The notes: generated by a model not told the origin, from the letters alone. A stretch of 64,000 nucleotides of DNA from Polyangiales bacterium (GCA_038231275.1 JBBRLQ010000017.1:131530-195529), one strand, 5' to 3'; shown: positions 44,428 to 54,666, numbered from the stretch's first letter. Program-made: numbers and translations.

Positions 44428-47253
44428 ATGAGCAGCGAGAGCGCCCCCGATCTTTCCAAGCCCTACGAGCCTCGCGAGGTCGAGGAGCGTTGGTACGCGT
44501 TCTGGGAGAAGCACGGCGTCTTCGAGGCCTCGGACGACGCGGCCGACGCACGGCCTGCGTACGTCATCCCGATGCCGCCGCCCAACGTCACGGGCTCGCT
44601 CCACATGGGGCACGCGCAGAGGTGCACGCTCGAGGACGCGCTCATCCGCTGGTACCGCATGCGCGGCTACAACGCGCTCTGGCAGCCCGGGATCGATCAC
44701 GCCGGCATCGCCACGCAGACCGTCGTCGAGCGCCAGCTCCAGCGCGAGGGCAAGACCCGCCACGACCTCGGCCGCGCCGAGTTCTTGAAGCGCGTGTGGC
44801 AGTGGAAGGCGGAGAGCGGCGGGCGCATCTCGGTGCAGCAGCGCGTGCTCGGCGCGTCGCCCGACTGGCGCCGCACCAAGTTCACGATGGACCCGGACAT
44901 GAGCCGCGCCGTCAAAGAGGCCTTCGTGCGCCTCTACGAGGACGGCAACATGTACCGCGCGACGCGCCTCATCAACTGGTGCCCGACCTGCCAGACCGCG
45001 CTGTCCGATCTCGAGGTCGAGAGCGAAGAGGGTGCGAACGGCGAGCTCTTCGAGTTTGCGTACAAGGTCGACGGCGAAGACGGCGAAATCGTCGTGGCGA
45101 CGACGCGCCCGGAGACGATGCTCGGCGACACCGCGGTCGCCGTCCACCCCGACGATCCGCGCTACACGTCGCTCCATGGCAAATTCCTGATCCATCCGTT
45201 CATGGATCGAAAGGTGCCGATCGTCACCGACGCGATACTCGTCGACATGAAGTTCGGCACCGGCGCCGTGAAGGTGACGCCGGCGCACGACTTCAACGAT
45301 TTTGCGACGGGCAAGCGGCACAAGCTCCAGGAGATCAACATCTTCAACCTGGACGGCACGCTCAACGACGAGGGGGGTCCGTTCAAGGGGCTCGATCGCA
45401 AGCGCGCGCGCACGGCGGTGAAGAAGGCGCTCGACGAGAAGGGCCTCGCGCGCGGAACTAAGCCGCACCAGCTCACGCTCCCCCGCTGCCAACGCTCGGG
45501 CGACGTCGTCGAGCCGATGATCTCGACGCAGTGGTTCTGCAAGATGCAGGGCATGGCCGAAGCCGCCATCAAGGCCGTGAAGGACGGACGGACGCAAATC
45601 ATCCCCGAAGAGTGGGTGAAGACGTACGACCACTTCCTCGGCGAAATCCAGGATTGGTGCGTGTCCCGTCAGCTGTGGTGGGGTCACCAAATCCCGGCGT
45701 GGCACGGCCCCAACGGCGAGATCAAGGTCGCGCGCGAGCGTCCGCCCGAGTGCACCGAAGAGGCCGGCTGGACCCAAGATCCCGACGTGCTCGACACATG
45801 GTTCTCGAGCGCCCTTTGGCCGTTCGCGACGCTCGGCTGGCCGGACAAGACCCCGGCCCTCGCGAAGTTCTATCCGACGAACCCCAAGCAGCTCTCGGAT
45901 CTGGAGACGGGCTACGACATCCTCTTCTTCTGGGTCGCCCGCATGATGATGTTCGGCCTCTACTTCATGAAGGAGGTCCCCTTCCGCCGCGTGCTCCTGT
46001 CCGGCCTCATCGTCGACGAGACCGGCGACAAGATGAGTAAGGTGAAGGGCAACGTGATCGATCCGCTCGATCTCATCCACGGCGCCGAGTTCACCGAGAT
46101 CGTGAAAAAGACGCTCCCCGGCGCGCCCGAGGCCGAGGCGATGACGAAGTTCAAGAAGGCGTACCCGTCGGCCGCGGCGATGGGCGGGAGCTTCCCGGCG
46201 TTCGGCGCCGACGCGCTCCGCTTCACGCTCGCGACGTTCCCGCCGTCGAACAAGCGCATCGCCCTCGCCCCGAAGCGCCTCGAAGGCTACCGCCACTTCG
46301 TCAACAAGATCTGGAACGCGACGCGCTTCTCGCTCGATCAGGTGAAGCTCACGGCCTACGTCGAAAACCCGGCGCCGAAGTCGCTCTACGCGCGGTGGAT
46401 CCTCTCGCGCTTCTCGAACGCCGTGCGCATCGCCAACGGCGGGATCGAAGGCTTCCGGATCGACGAGGCCGCGAACGAGGCGTACCGCTTCTTCTGGAAC
46501 GATCTGTGCGACTGGTACCTCGAGCTCACGAAGACCGTGCTCGCCGAGGGCAGCCCGCTCGCGGGCCAGGCCGACGACGTGAGGGCCGCCCTCGCATATG
46601 TCCTCGAAGGTTCCTTGCGCCTGATGCACCCGATGATGCCGTACGTCACCGAGGAGCTGTGGCAGCGCGTGCCGAAGCCGGCTTCGCGCAAGGCGTCGAT
46701 CGCGTTCGGCCCCTACCCGAGCCTCGAGGTCGAAGGCAAAGGGGGCGATCCCGCCGCCGAAGCGTCGATGGAGATCGTGCAGAAGGCGATCAGTGCGGCG
46801 CGCACGATCCGAAGCGAGCACGAGATCTCGCCGGCGAAGTTCGCGCCGGTCGAGTTCCGAACCGACAGCGACGCGCTCGCGAAGTTGCTCGGGGAGGTCG
46901 CCTTCTCCGCGAAGACGCTGATGCGCACGACCGACTTGCCGACGATCGCGAAGGTCGGAGGGCCGCGTGCCGCCGGCACGGTGGTGAGCGTCGTGGCGAC
47001 CGACGCCGGGCCCATCGAGGTGCTCGTCGGCTTGAAGGGGCTCGTCGACAAGGCCACCGAGCTCGCGCGGATCGAGCGTGAGGTGAAGCGCATCGACAAG
47101 GACATCCAGGCGACCGAGAAAAAGCTGTCGAGCAAGGCGTTCGTCGAGAAGGCCCCCAAGGAGGTGGTCGACGAAGCGAACGCGCACTTGTCGCAGCTGA
47201 AGGCGGCGCGCGCGCGCCTCGAGGAGTCGCGGACGCTGGCGGACGAGCTGTGA
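44428..47253 (+). CDS. valS: Valine--tRNA ligase
   Basis: PPPNVTGSLHMGH (HIGH), DWCVSRQLWWGH, DVLDTWFSS, KMSK, C-terminal coiled coil FVEKAPKEVV. Confidence 0.98.
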   Translation: MSSESAPDLSKPYEPREVEERWYAFWEKHGVFEASDDAADARPAYVIPMPPPNVTGSLHMGHAQRCTLEDALIRWYRMRGYNALWQPGIDHAGIATQTVVERQLQREGKTRHDLGRAEFLKRVWQWKAESGGRISVQQRVLGASPDWRRTKFTMDPDMSRAVKEAFVRLYEDGNMYRATRLINWCPTCQTALSDLEVESEEGANGELFEFAYKVDGEDGEIVVATTRPETMLGDTAVAVHPDDPRYTSLHGKFLIHPFMDRKVPIVTDAILVDMKFGTGAVKVTPAHDFNDFATGKRHKLQEINIFNLDGTLNDEGGPFKGLDRKRARTAVKKALDEKGLARGTKPHQLTLPRCQRSGDVVEPMISTQWFCKMQGMAEAAIKAVKDGRTQIIPEEWVKTYDHFLGEIQDWCVSRQLWWGHQIPAWHGPNGEIKVARERPPECTEEAGWTQDPDVLDTWFSSALWPFATLGWPDKTPALAKFYPTNPKQLSDLETGYDILFFWVARMMMFGLYFMKEVPFRRVLLSGLIVDETGDKMSKVKGNVIDPLDLIHGAEFTEIVKKTLPGAPEAEAMTKFKKAYPSAAAMGGSFPAFGADALRFTLATFPPSNKRIALAPKRLEGYRHFVNKIWNATRFSLDQVKLTAYVENPAPKSLYARWILSRFSNAVRIANGGIEGFRIDEAANEAYRFFWNDLCDWYLELTKTVLAEGSPLAGQADDVRAALAYVLEGSLRLMHPMMPYVTEELWQRVPKPASRKASIAFGPYPSLEVEGKGGDPAAEASMEIVQKAISAARTIRSEHEISPAKFAPVEFRTDSDALAKLLGEVAFSAKTLMRTTDLPTIAKVGGPRAAGTVVSVVATDAGPIEVLVGLKGLVDKATELARIEREVKRIDKDIQATEKKLSSKAFVEKAPKEVVDEANAHLSQLKAARARLEESRTLADEL

Positions 47254-48125
47254 GCGACTTCACGGTCGAGACGCGCGGGGGCCTCGAAAGCCTGGTCCTC
47301 CGCCACGCCGCGGGGAACGGCGAGCTCGTCCTCGCGCCTTCGCGCGGTGGAATGGCGACCCGCCTCACGCTGTCGGGCACCCCCGTCTTCTATTTGGACG
47401 AAGCGACGCTGCTCGACACCACGAAGAACGTGCGCGGCGGCAACCCGGTGCTGTTCCCTTCGCCGGGCAAGCTCACGGGCGATGCGTACGCGCGCGACGG
47501 CGTCAGGGGATCCCTCAAGCAGCACGGCTTCGCGCGCAACCTTCCGTGGGACGTCGCGCGTACCGGCACGAACGGCGGCGCCTCGGCGACCCTGCGCCTG
47601 ACCTCGACCGCGTCGACGCGCGCCGAATATCCCTGGGATTTTGTTGCAGAGTACACATACACACTGACGCGCGATCTCCTGCGGATCGACCAGCACATCG
47701 AGAGCGCTGCGAGCAACGCGACGCCTATGCCCTTCGGCGCGGGGTTTCATCCGTACTTCCTCGTCAAGCAGGCCCACAAGGCCGCCGCGCGCATCGGGAC
47801 GAACGCGATGCGCGCCTTCGACAATGTGACCAAGAAGGACGTCCCGCTGACGAGCATCGACCTCACGTCGAAGGAAATCGACCTCCATCTCCACGATCAC
47901 GGCGCGGTCCCGTGCTCGCTCTCGCTCCCCGGCGGGGAGATCGTCGTGCGCGGCTCGGCGGAGCTCTCGCATTGGGTGATCTGGACGCTCGAGGGGAAAG
48001 ACTTCGTGTGCGTCGAGCCGTGGACCTGCCCGGGCAACGCGCTCAACACCGGCGAGCGACTCATCGTCCTCCGGCCGGGAGAGCGCCGCGAGATCTGGGT
48101 CGAGATCGCGCGTTCGCCGGTCTGA
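47250..48125 (+). CDS. Aldose 1-epimerase / galactose mutarotase-like protein
   Basis: RGGNPVLFP, QHGFAR, GFHPYF, FVCVEPW..NAL. Confidence 0.9.
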   Translation: MSDFTVETRGGLESLVLRHAAGNGELVLAPSRGGMATRLTLSGTPVFYLDEATLLDTTKNVRGGNPVLFPSPGKLTGDAYARDGVRGSLKQHGFARNLPWDVARTGTNGGASATLRLTSTASTRAEYPWDFVAEYTYTLTRDLLRIDQHIESAASNATPMPFGAGFHPYFLVKQAHKAAARIGTNAMRAFDNVTKKDVPLTSIDLTSKEIDLHLHDHGAVPCSLSLPGGEIVVRGSAELSHWVIWTLEGKDFVCVEPWTCPGNALNTGERLIVLRPGERREIWVEIARSPV

Positions 48126-48189
48126 CCGCATGCATGGCGGCTACGCGCCGCCTCACGCCGAGTTCGCGGAAAGCTGGACGCCGTCGAGA

Positions 48190-48212
48190 CGTGTGATCGA
48201 TCCGATCTCACG
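48190..48212. promoter_or_regulatory. Imperfect inverted repeat, candidate enhancer site
   Basis: CGTGTGATCG-ATC-CGATCTCACG (1 mismatch) about 100 bp upstream of a sigma54 box. Confidence 0.45.
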
Positions 48213-48310
48213 CGGCGCACCGCGATCGTGCGCGATGCGCCGCGATGGATCGTCGACTCCCCGAACGTGAAAACGTCCTGATTCCCCGAGCGTTCTGCGA
48301 CGTGGGTGTG

Positions 48311-48326
48311 TGGCGCACACCTTGCT
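48311..48326 (+). promoter_or_regulatory. Sigma54 (-24/-12) promoter
   Basis: TGGCGC-ACACC-TTGCT, GG-N10-GC spacing. Confidence 0.7.
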
Positions 48327-48416
48327 GATGGCGCCGTTGCTCGCATCCGTCGGCGCGCCTCACGAAGCGCGAAGGTGCGTGCCCTTTATTCAATTCGATT
48401 TCAGAAAGGTCACTTC

Positions 48417-49460
48417 ATGAAGCTCTCTCTCTTGGTCCGCGGTCTATCGGTCTCCGCGCTCGCCCTCGCCGTCGCGTGCTCGAGCGGATCGCACGACGCC
48501 ACGGCGCCGGCGGATCCCAGCGTCGACCAAACCGCGCCGCAGGCCGACGGGCCCCTTCCTCCAGAGGCTGCGTACGACAACACGCCGAGCACCGACGTCG
48601 ATCGGACCATCCAGATCAGCGCAGCCGAGCTCGCGCTCTCGCCCGATCTCGTGCGCGCTCCGCACGGCGGCATCCATCCGAGTTGCCTCCATGAGCTCGG
48701 CGACGGCGACGTCGTCGACACGGACGGCTCGATCAAATCCGCCGACGGCCACGTGCAGACGTTCGCGCCATGCGCATTCCCCGTGCACAAGGTCCACGCG
48801 GACGCCCCCGTCGCGCCCGAGAACGGCGTTCAGCCGCCCACCGACAACGGCTGGACCGAGGACGCCAACTGGACCTCGCCGGTCCCCGTGCAGCGCTTCT
48901 CGGCGCAGTTCCACGTGCCGGCCGCGCCGAGCGTCTACACCAATCAGCTCATCTACATGTTCCCGGCGATCGAGGACGTCGCGGGCACGAGCATCGTGCA
49001 GCCCGTGCTCCAGTATGGAAACAACGGCGCGTGGGGCGGCAACTACTGGACGATCGCCAGCTGGCTCGGCGGCGGCCAGTGGGGCGGCCACTATTACTAC
49101 AGCGCGGCGCGACGCGTGACGACCGGCGAGGTCATCAGCGGCGCGATGTACGACACGCGGCAGTGCCACCCGGCGGGCTGCCAGTGGGCGGTGTCGATGC
49201 ACAACTCGAAGAACACGGCGAACCTCACCGTCTACGCGATCGCGGGCATCTCGTGGCGCTGGGTCTTCGGCGGCGCGATCGAGGTCTACGGGATCAACTC
49301 GTGCCGTAAGTACCCGGCGACGTACGACAACTTCTTCAGCTTCGCGATCACCGACTACGCCGGCCATCGGCACACGCCCACGTGGCGGCCGAGCATCAAC
49401 GTTCACACGTGCGGCGAACGCATCACGTCGAACTCGAGCATCGTGAACCTCTACTACTGA
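48417..49460 (+). CDS. Exported lipoprotein, possible glutamic-peptidase-like (G1/eqolisin-fold) protein
   Basis: Lipobox AVAC; propeptide-like HPSC..PC; mature region NGW, FHVPAAP, IVQPVLQYG, WTIASW, GAIEVY. Confidence 0.6.
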   Translation: MKLSLLVRGLSVSALALAVACSSGSHDATAPADPSVDQTAPQADGPLPPEAAYDNTPSTDVDRTIQISAAELALSPDLVRAPHGGIHPSCLHELGDGDVVDTDGSIKSADGHVQTFAPCAFPVHKVHADAPVAPENGVQPPTDNGWTEDANWTSPVPVQRFSAQFHVPAAPSVYTNQLIYMFPAIEDVAGTSIVQPVLQYGNNGAWGGNYWTIASWLGGGQWGGHYYYSAARRVTTGEVISGAMYDTRQCHPAGCQWAVSMHNSKNTANLTVYAIAGISWRWVFGGAIEVYGINSCRKYPATYDNFFSFAITDYAGHRHTPTWRPSINVHTCGERITSNSSIVNLYY

Positions 49461-49574
49461 GGCCGTCACCGAGCTCCGCGAGATTGCCCTTCCTTATTTA
49501 GCTGCTTCACGCAGGACAGAGGGACGAAGAAAGAGTGCGCACTCAAAGACCATCGCTGCCGGCGATGAGCTCGT

Positions 49575-50660
49575 TCAAGGAGGGCAGAACGTGCCGACGG
49601 GCTTCGTCGCGATCGTCACGTGGCTGACCGCCTGCGCGTGGCGCCCGCTCTTGTCGTCGACGGTCGCCGTGATGTCGAGCGGCTTGCCGAGAAAGAGCGG
49701 GTTGCCCGGCGGGCCGGGATCGAGCTGGAAACGAACGCCGACGAGCTGGCACTTTCCCGCGGCGGCCGGCGCGTACGGATACGCGAATCCGGTGAGCGGC
49801 ACGGTGCCGGTGCCGCTTGGCTGCGTCGCCGACAGGACGGTCTTGGTTCCGAACTGACCGACGTCCGCGACCTGCAGCGCCATCCATACGTGATGTCCGC
49901 CTTGAGGCCCGCACTCGGGCGTGAGCGTGTCGCCGTCGGCAAGGGGCGCGAACGCCGACTGGCCTTGCCCGATGACGAGCACGCTCGACGCGCCGCCCCC
50001 GCACGCGCTCGGTGGGTGCGTCGCCCAGTCTTGCGCGAAGTCGGGGAGATCGCCAAGCACCTCCGACGTGCACGCGCCGCCGATGCACGTGTCGCCAGGG
50101 TTCGTGCACGTCGGTCCGGCGGGAGGACCGCCGCCGCCGATGCCGAAGAGCGCGCAGCGCGTCTCGAGGAAGAGGTAGGCGAGGAGCGTCCGTCCCGCCA
50201 CGAAGTGCGTCGTGGCCGTTCGCCGAACGACGTCGGCGCCGCGCCCGCGCGCGATCACCTGGATCGTGACCGGTGCGTCGAGGTTGTTCTTCGGAGCGTC
50301 GAGCCGCACGGCGTGAGGGAAGAGCGCGCCGGCTTCGGCGTCGAGGTTGTCGTGCGCCGCGACGACGCCCGCGACCGTGACGATGACCTCCAACCCTTCG
50401 ACGACGTAGCCTTGCGACGCAAAATTCTCAGCGTCGATGCCGACCACCAACTGAGCCGCCTGCGGGCTGATCGGCGGCGGAGGCGGGGTAGGTGCGCCGT
50501 CCGGCGAGGACGAAGGAGTCCCCGAGCTCGAGGCCTCATGGCCGCCATCCGGTGAAGGAGAAGAGGAGGAGGACGAGATAGAAGAGGAGGACGAGCAGGC
50601 CGCGGCGAGGACCAACGCCAAGACGAAACCCGCCACCACCCCTGCCCGAGCGCGCGTCAT
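49575..50660 (-). CDS. Hypothetical lipoprotein
   Basis: Lipobox AAAC, poly-Ser linker, Cys motifs, ECGPQGGHHVW. Confidence 0.7.
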   Translation of the reverse strand: MTRARAGVVAGFVLALVLAAACSSSSSISSSSSSPSPDGGHEASSSGTPSSSPDGAPTPPPPPISPQAAQLVVGIDAENFASQGYVVEGLEVIVTVAGVVAAHDNLDAEAGALFPHAVRLDAPKNNLDAPVTIQVIARGRGADVVRRTATTHFVAGRTLLAYLFLETRCALFGIGGGGPPAGPTCTNPGDTCIGGACTSEVLGDLPDFAQDWATHPPSACGGGASSVLVIGQGQSAFAPLADGDTLTPECGPQGGHHVWMALQVADVGQFGTKTVLSATQPSGTGTVPLTGFAYPYAPAAAGKCQLVGVRFQLDPGPPGNPLFLGKPLDITATVDDKSGRHAQAVSHVTIATKPVGTFCPP

Positions 50661-50782
50661 GCGGCGAGGTAGCACGCGTCCGGTGGCCAGGCGAGGCATA
50701 TCCTACATTTGGTTACCTCCCGTTGACGCTGGTCCCCGGCCGCTAAAGTTGCTACGTCACGCAGTCGCGAGCCCTTAGACCT

Positions 50783-53700
50783 ATGACCGAGAGCAAGACG
50801 CAGGACGCCGACACGGAATCGCCGCCGAAGGAACGTCCCGCCACGACGAAGGAAAACGGCGCGACTCCCGTTGCGAACACGGCGCCGGAGTCGGCGTCGG
50901 GATCCGCGACGGAATCAGAGTCGGCGTCGGACTCGGAGTCGGCGTCGGACTCGGCGTCGGAGTCGGCGTCCGAGTCGGCATCGGAGTCGACGACGGAGGC
51001 CAAGGGACCGCCGTTGCTCGCGCGAGGGAATCCGCTTCGACGGATGCGCGGCGGGGTGACCGCGGCGGTAGGCGGCGTGGCGGCGTTCCTCTTGATGGCC
51101 CACAACGGGCAGCTTTCGTTCGGCGTGCCGCTCGGCCTCGTCTTCGTGCTCGTGGCGTCGTGGGGGATCATGGATCTCCTCGGCACGTTCGACGACGACG
51201 AGAAGGACGGGATGGTCCTCGCGAGCACGACGACGCTCACTGCGATCCAAGGGCCCGTCGCGTTCACGGTCCTCTCGTTCGGCGCGTTCGCCGGCTGCTT
51301 GTGGGGCGGGCAAGGCGGCGCCGGGCCGCAGATCATGTGGGGCGTCCTCGTCACGATGACGTTCCTCATGTTCGTGACGGGCCTCTTCCGCGTCGGCCAG
51401 GCGCTCGGCCCGTGGGCGAAAGACGAGCTCGGCCTCGATCGCCCCATCCTCAAGCGTCACGGCTTCTGGGTCGTCGCGGTCGGCGCGTTCCTCTACCTCC
51501 CGATGATGGGGAGCTACTCGCTCTGGGATCCGTGGGAGACGCACTACGGCGAGGTCGCGCGTGAGATCCTCGCGCGCGACGACTGGATTTCGCTCTGGTG
51601 GGCGCAGGATGGCTGGTTCTGGTCCAAGCCGATCTTGAATTTCTGGATGCAGGCGCTGTCGATGGCGTCGCTCGGCACGCACTACAAGAGCGACATGATG
51701 ATGACCGGGCTGCTCGGTCACACGGCGCACCCGGAGTGGGTCGTGCGCGCGCCCAACGTGCTGCTGACGATCCTCGCGATGTACGTCATGTACAAAGGCG
51801 TCGCGAAGGTGTTCGGGCGGCGCGCGGGGATGCTCGGCGCGTTCGTCCTCGCGACGACGCCGGACTGGTTCTTCCTCGCGCACCAGACGATGACCGACAT
51901 GCCGTTCGTCGCGGCGATGACGGCGGCGATGGGCCTCCTCATGCTCGGCCTCAACACCGACGAGGAGCAGCGCACGCGCCTCTACCAGCTCGACGTGGGC
52001 TCGCTGAAGCTCCGGCTGAACGGCTGGCATCTCGTCTTCGGCACCATCCTGGTCTGCGCGATCCCGCAGATCCTCTACCTCGCGTCGCGCAACCTCGAGC
52101 TCGTCATCCATGGCAATGGGCCGCACGGCTTCCGCGTGCACTACGACGAGTTCCGAAGCGGCTCGGCCGGCAACTGCGGCCTGCCCGGCAACGAGGCGTG
52201 CAACCTCTCGAACCCGGCGTCGATCCCCAAGGGCATCGTCCCCCACCCCACCGGCGTAGGCCCCAACGCGATGCGCCTCTTCGGTGCGTTCGAGCCGATC
52301 CTCCAGGCGATCGTGTGGTCGCTGGTGGCGGGCGGCCTCCTCTACATCAACTGGGGCGAGCGGCGGATTCGGCGCCTCTATTACATCGCGGCCTGGTTTT
52401 TCGCGGCGATCGCGACGATGGGAAAGGGGCCGGCGGGCTTCGGCATCCCCATCATCTGCGTGTTCGCATACCTCGCGACGAAGAAGCGCTGGAGCGAGCT
52501 GCTCAAGGTCGAGATGCTGAGCGGCCTGCTCGTCATCCTGTGCGTCGCGATCCCGTGGTGGGTCGCGATGTACGTGCGGCACGGTCCACCCTTCACCGAC
52601 CGCATCATCTTCCACGACATGTTCAACCGCGCGTTCAACCACGTTCACGACACGAACGAAGGGGACGACACGAGCTTCCGCTTCTATTTGTGGCAGCTCG
52701 GCTACGCGCTGTTCCCGTGGACCGGGCTCGCGCCGCTGGGGCTCGTGTGGTGGGCGCGCCGCGGCGACTCGGCGGATCACGGCCGGGGTGACGCCTCGGT
52801 CTTCCTCGCGATGTGGTTCGTCTTCGGCTTCGCGCTGTTCTCGTTCATGGGGACCAAATTCCACCACTACATCTTCCCGGCGGTCCCGCCGGCGGCGATG
52901 CTTGTGGGCGTCGTCCTCAGCGACATGATCGGCGATCGCAAGCTCACGCAGCCCGGGCGGCTCGCGGTGTACGTCGCGGGGCTCGTCGCCGGCGCGGCGC
53001 TCGCGGTGGCTGGCGTCACGCGGCTCATGCCTGGATCGTTCTTCGGCACCAAGGATGGCGCGCTCGCGCCTGCCAGCATGCCGATCGGCCTCGCGCTCCT
53101 CGCGACCGGCCTCGTCGGCGTGGTCTTCTGCATGCGCGCGCTGCGTGCGACCTCCGAGGAGCCCGCCGCAGCTACGACCTCGCCCGACGACGAGCGGCGA
53201 CGCATGCACGAGCGGCTGATGATCGGCGCTTCGACCGTGGCAGGCGCGTTCCTGCTCATCTTGGTCGTGCGCGATCTCGCGATCAAGCCCGAAGGCTCGG
53301 ATCAGCCCGGCGCGATCCGCCTGCTCCAGCTCTTCACGTACAACTACCGCCGCTCGTGGCCCGACTCCCTCGACTTCAGCGCCGCGCTCACCGGCTTCGG
53401 CGCGATCGCGATCCTCGCCCTCTTCGCCCTCGCGGTCGCCAAGATCCGGCACCACGCGGTCGCCGCCATGCTTGCGCTCGGCGCGGTGTGGGCGCTGTGG
53501 GGCGTCGACGTCTACATGATCAAGACGGCGCCGCACTGGGGCCAGCACGAGGTCATCGAGGCGTACTACGTCAACCGCCAGTCGAACGAGGAGCCGCTCG
53601 TCGCCTACCAGATGAACTGGAAGGGCGAGAACTTCTACACGTCGAACCGCATCCCGGCGTTCGTGTCGAGCGGAGCCAACTTCACGAATTGGATGAAGAC

Positions 53701-53851
53701 CCAGCGCGAGAAGGGGGTCAAGGTGATGTACTTCGTCACGGAGCACAGCCGCACCGGAGGGCTCCGCAGCGAGGTCGGCGCGAAGGCGTACCGCGAGGTC
53801 ACCGATCGCGCGCTCTGCAACAAATTCGTCCTGGTGCGAGCCGAGCTCTAG
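50783..53851 (+). CDS. ArnT/PMT-like (GT39/GT83) polytopic membrane glycosyltransferase
   Basis: LWDPWETHYGEVAREIL, FWSKPILNFW, WVVRAP, QTMTDMP, ATMGKGPAG, TKFHHYIFPAVPP; many TM helices. Confidence 0.85.
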   Translation: MTESKTQDADTESPPKERPATTKENGATPVANTAPESASGSATESESASDSESASDSASESASESASESTTEAKGPPLLARGNPLRRMRGGVTAAVGGVAAFLLMAHNGQLSFGVPLGLVFVLVASWGIMDLLGTFDDDEKDGMVLASTTTLTAIQGPVAFTVLSFGAFAGCLWGGQGGAGPQIMWGVLVTMTFLMFVTGLFRVGQALGPWAKDELGLDRPILKRHGFWVVAVGAFLYLPMMGSYSLWDPWETHYGEVAREILARDDWISLWWAQDGWFWSKPILNFWMQALSMASLGTHYKSDMMMTGLLGHTAHPEWVVRAPNVLLTILAMYVMYKGVAKVFGRRAGMLGAFVLATTPDWFFLAHQTMTDMPFVAAMTAAMGLLMLGLNTDEEQRTRLYQLDVGSLKLRLNGWHLVFGTILVCAIPQILYLASRNLELVIHGNGPHGFRVHYDEFRSGSAGNCGLPGNEACNLSNPASIPKGIVPHPTGVGPNAMRLFGAFEPILQAIVWSLVAGGLLYINWGERRIRRLYYIAAWFFAAIATMGKGPAGFGIPIICVFAYLATKKRWSELLKVEMLSGLLVILCVAIPWWVAMYVRHGPPFTDRIIFHDMFNRAFNHVHDTNEGDDTSFRFYLWQLGYALFPWTGLAPLGLVWWARRGDSADHGRGDASVFLAMWFVFGFALFSFMGTKFHHYIFPAVPPAAMLVGVVLSDMIGDRKLTQPGRLAVYVAGLVAGAALAVAGVTRLMPGSFFGTKDGALAPASMPIGLALLATGLVGVVFCMRALRATSEEPAAATTSPDDERRRMHERLMIGASTVAGAFLLILVVRDLAIKPEGSDQPGAIRLLQLFTYNYRRSWPDSLDFSAALTGFGAIAILALFALAVAKIRHHAVAAMLALGAVWALWGVDVYMIKTAPHWGQHEVIEAYYVNRQSNEEPLVAYQMNWKGENFYTSNRIPAFVSSGANFTNWMKTQREKGVKVMYFVTEHSRTGGLRSEVGAKAYREVTDRALCNKFVLVRAEL
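50888..50990 (+). repeat. Coding hexamer repeat encoding ESASDS-type linker
   Basis: gagtcggcgtcg/gactcg units. Confidence 0.8.
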
Positions 53852-53853
53852 CC

Positions 53854-54471
53854 GTGCGTTCGCTCCTGCCGCTTTTGCTCTGCGCCTTCGCGATGGGCTG
53901 CGAGGCCGCTCCGGCGGAGTCGCCCGACGAGGTGGTCGCGCGTGAGAACGCCAGAGTCTCGGCGGCGAAGCGACGCGCGGAGTCGCAGGATCGTCAGGAG
54001 CGCGTCGACGCGGCGAAGAAGAAGCAGGCGGAGGCGGAGGCGCGCGCGGCGGCCGAGCAGGCCGACGCGCAGAAGAAGACCGACGCGATGCGACGCAAGG
54101 ACGCCGAGAAGGAAGCGGCGTGCGGCACCGATCGCGTCGAGCGGCGTAGGCACGCGCAAGACGCCGTCGATCGCGCCGCGAAGGACAAGGCACGCGCCGC
54201 AGAGCTCGAGGCGTACGTCGCGCGCAGCTGCAAGCGGAAGGACGTGCCGGACTTCAAGGCCGAGCAGTACGTCGACGACAAGGGCTTCGTGCAGACGCGC
54301 CAGATCCTGACCGGCCGCCACGAAGAAATCGCGTGCCCGCCCGACGCTCCCCCCGAGCTCCAGCCGGGCGGCAGCGGATTCCCGTCGGGCGTCGTGGCGA
54401 TCCAAGCGTCGGCCGACGAGCGCGCGAAGAACGAGCGCTGCCAGGACGTTCAAGATCTCCTGAAGAAGTAG
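53854..54471 (+). CDS. Hypothetical coiled-coil lipoprotein
   Basis: GTG start 53854, lipobox AMGC, K/A/E-rich helix. Confidence 0.65.
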   Translation: MRSLLPLLLCAFAMGCEAAPAESPDEVVARENARVSAAKRRAESQDRQERVDAAKKKQAEAEARAAAEQADAQKKTDAMRRKDAEKEAACGTDRVERRRHAQDAVDRAAKDKARAAELEAYVARSCKRKDVPDFKAEQYVDDKGFVQTRQILTGRHEEIACPPDAPPELQPGGSGFPSGVVAIQASADERAKNERCQDVQDLLKK

Positions 54472-54590
54472 CCAGCTACCCTGAGGAGATGCGCCGTGCG
54501 CTCGTCCTCGGCGGTTCGCTCTACGTCGCGATTGGCTCGACATTGTACGCATTTACGCCATGACCCCTGGCGCGACGCAGTGCGTCGCCC

Positions 54591-54610
54591 TATGCTGAAT
54601 GAGCATTCAG
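54591..54610 (+). promoter_or_regulatory. -10 box overlapping palindromic (TetR-type) operator
   Basis: TATGCT at 54591-54596 overlapping CTGAATG-AG-CATTCAG (54595-54610). Confidence 0.55.
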
Positions 54611-54666
54611 TCGGCGTCGAGGGCAGGCAATTGAGGCCGGACCTGGTAGGCGCCAAGGAGGCCCGC

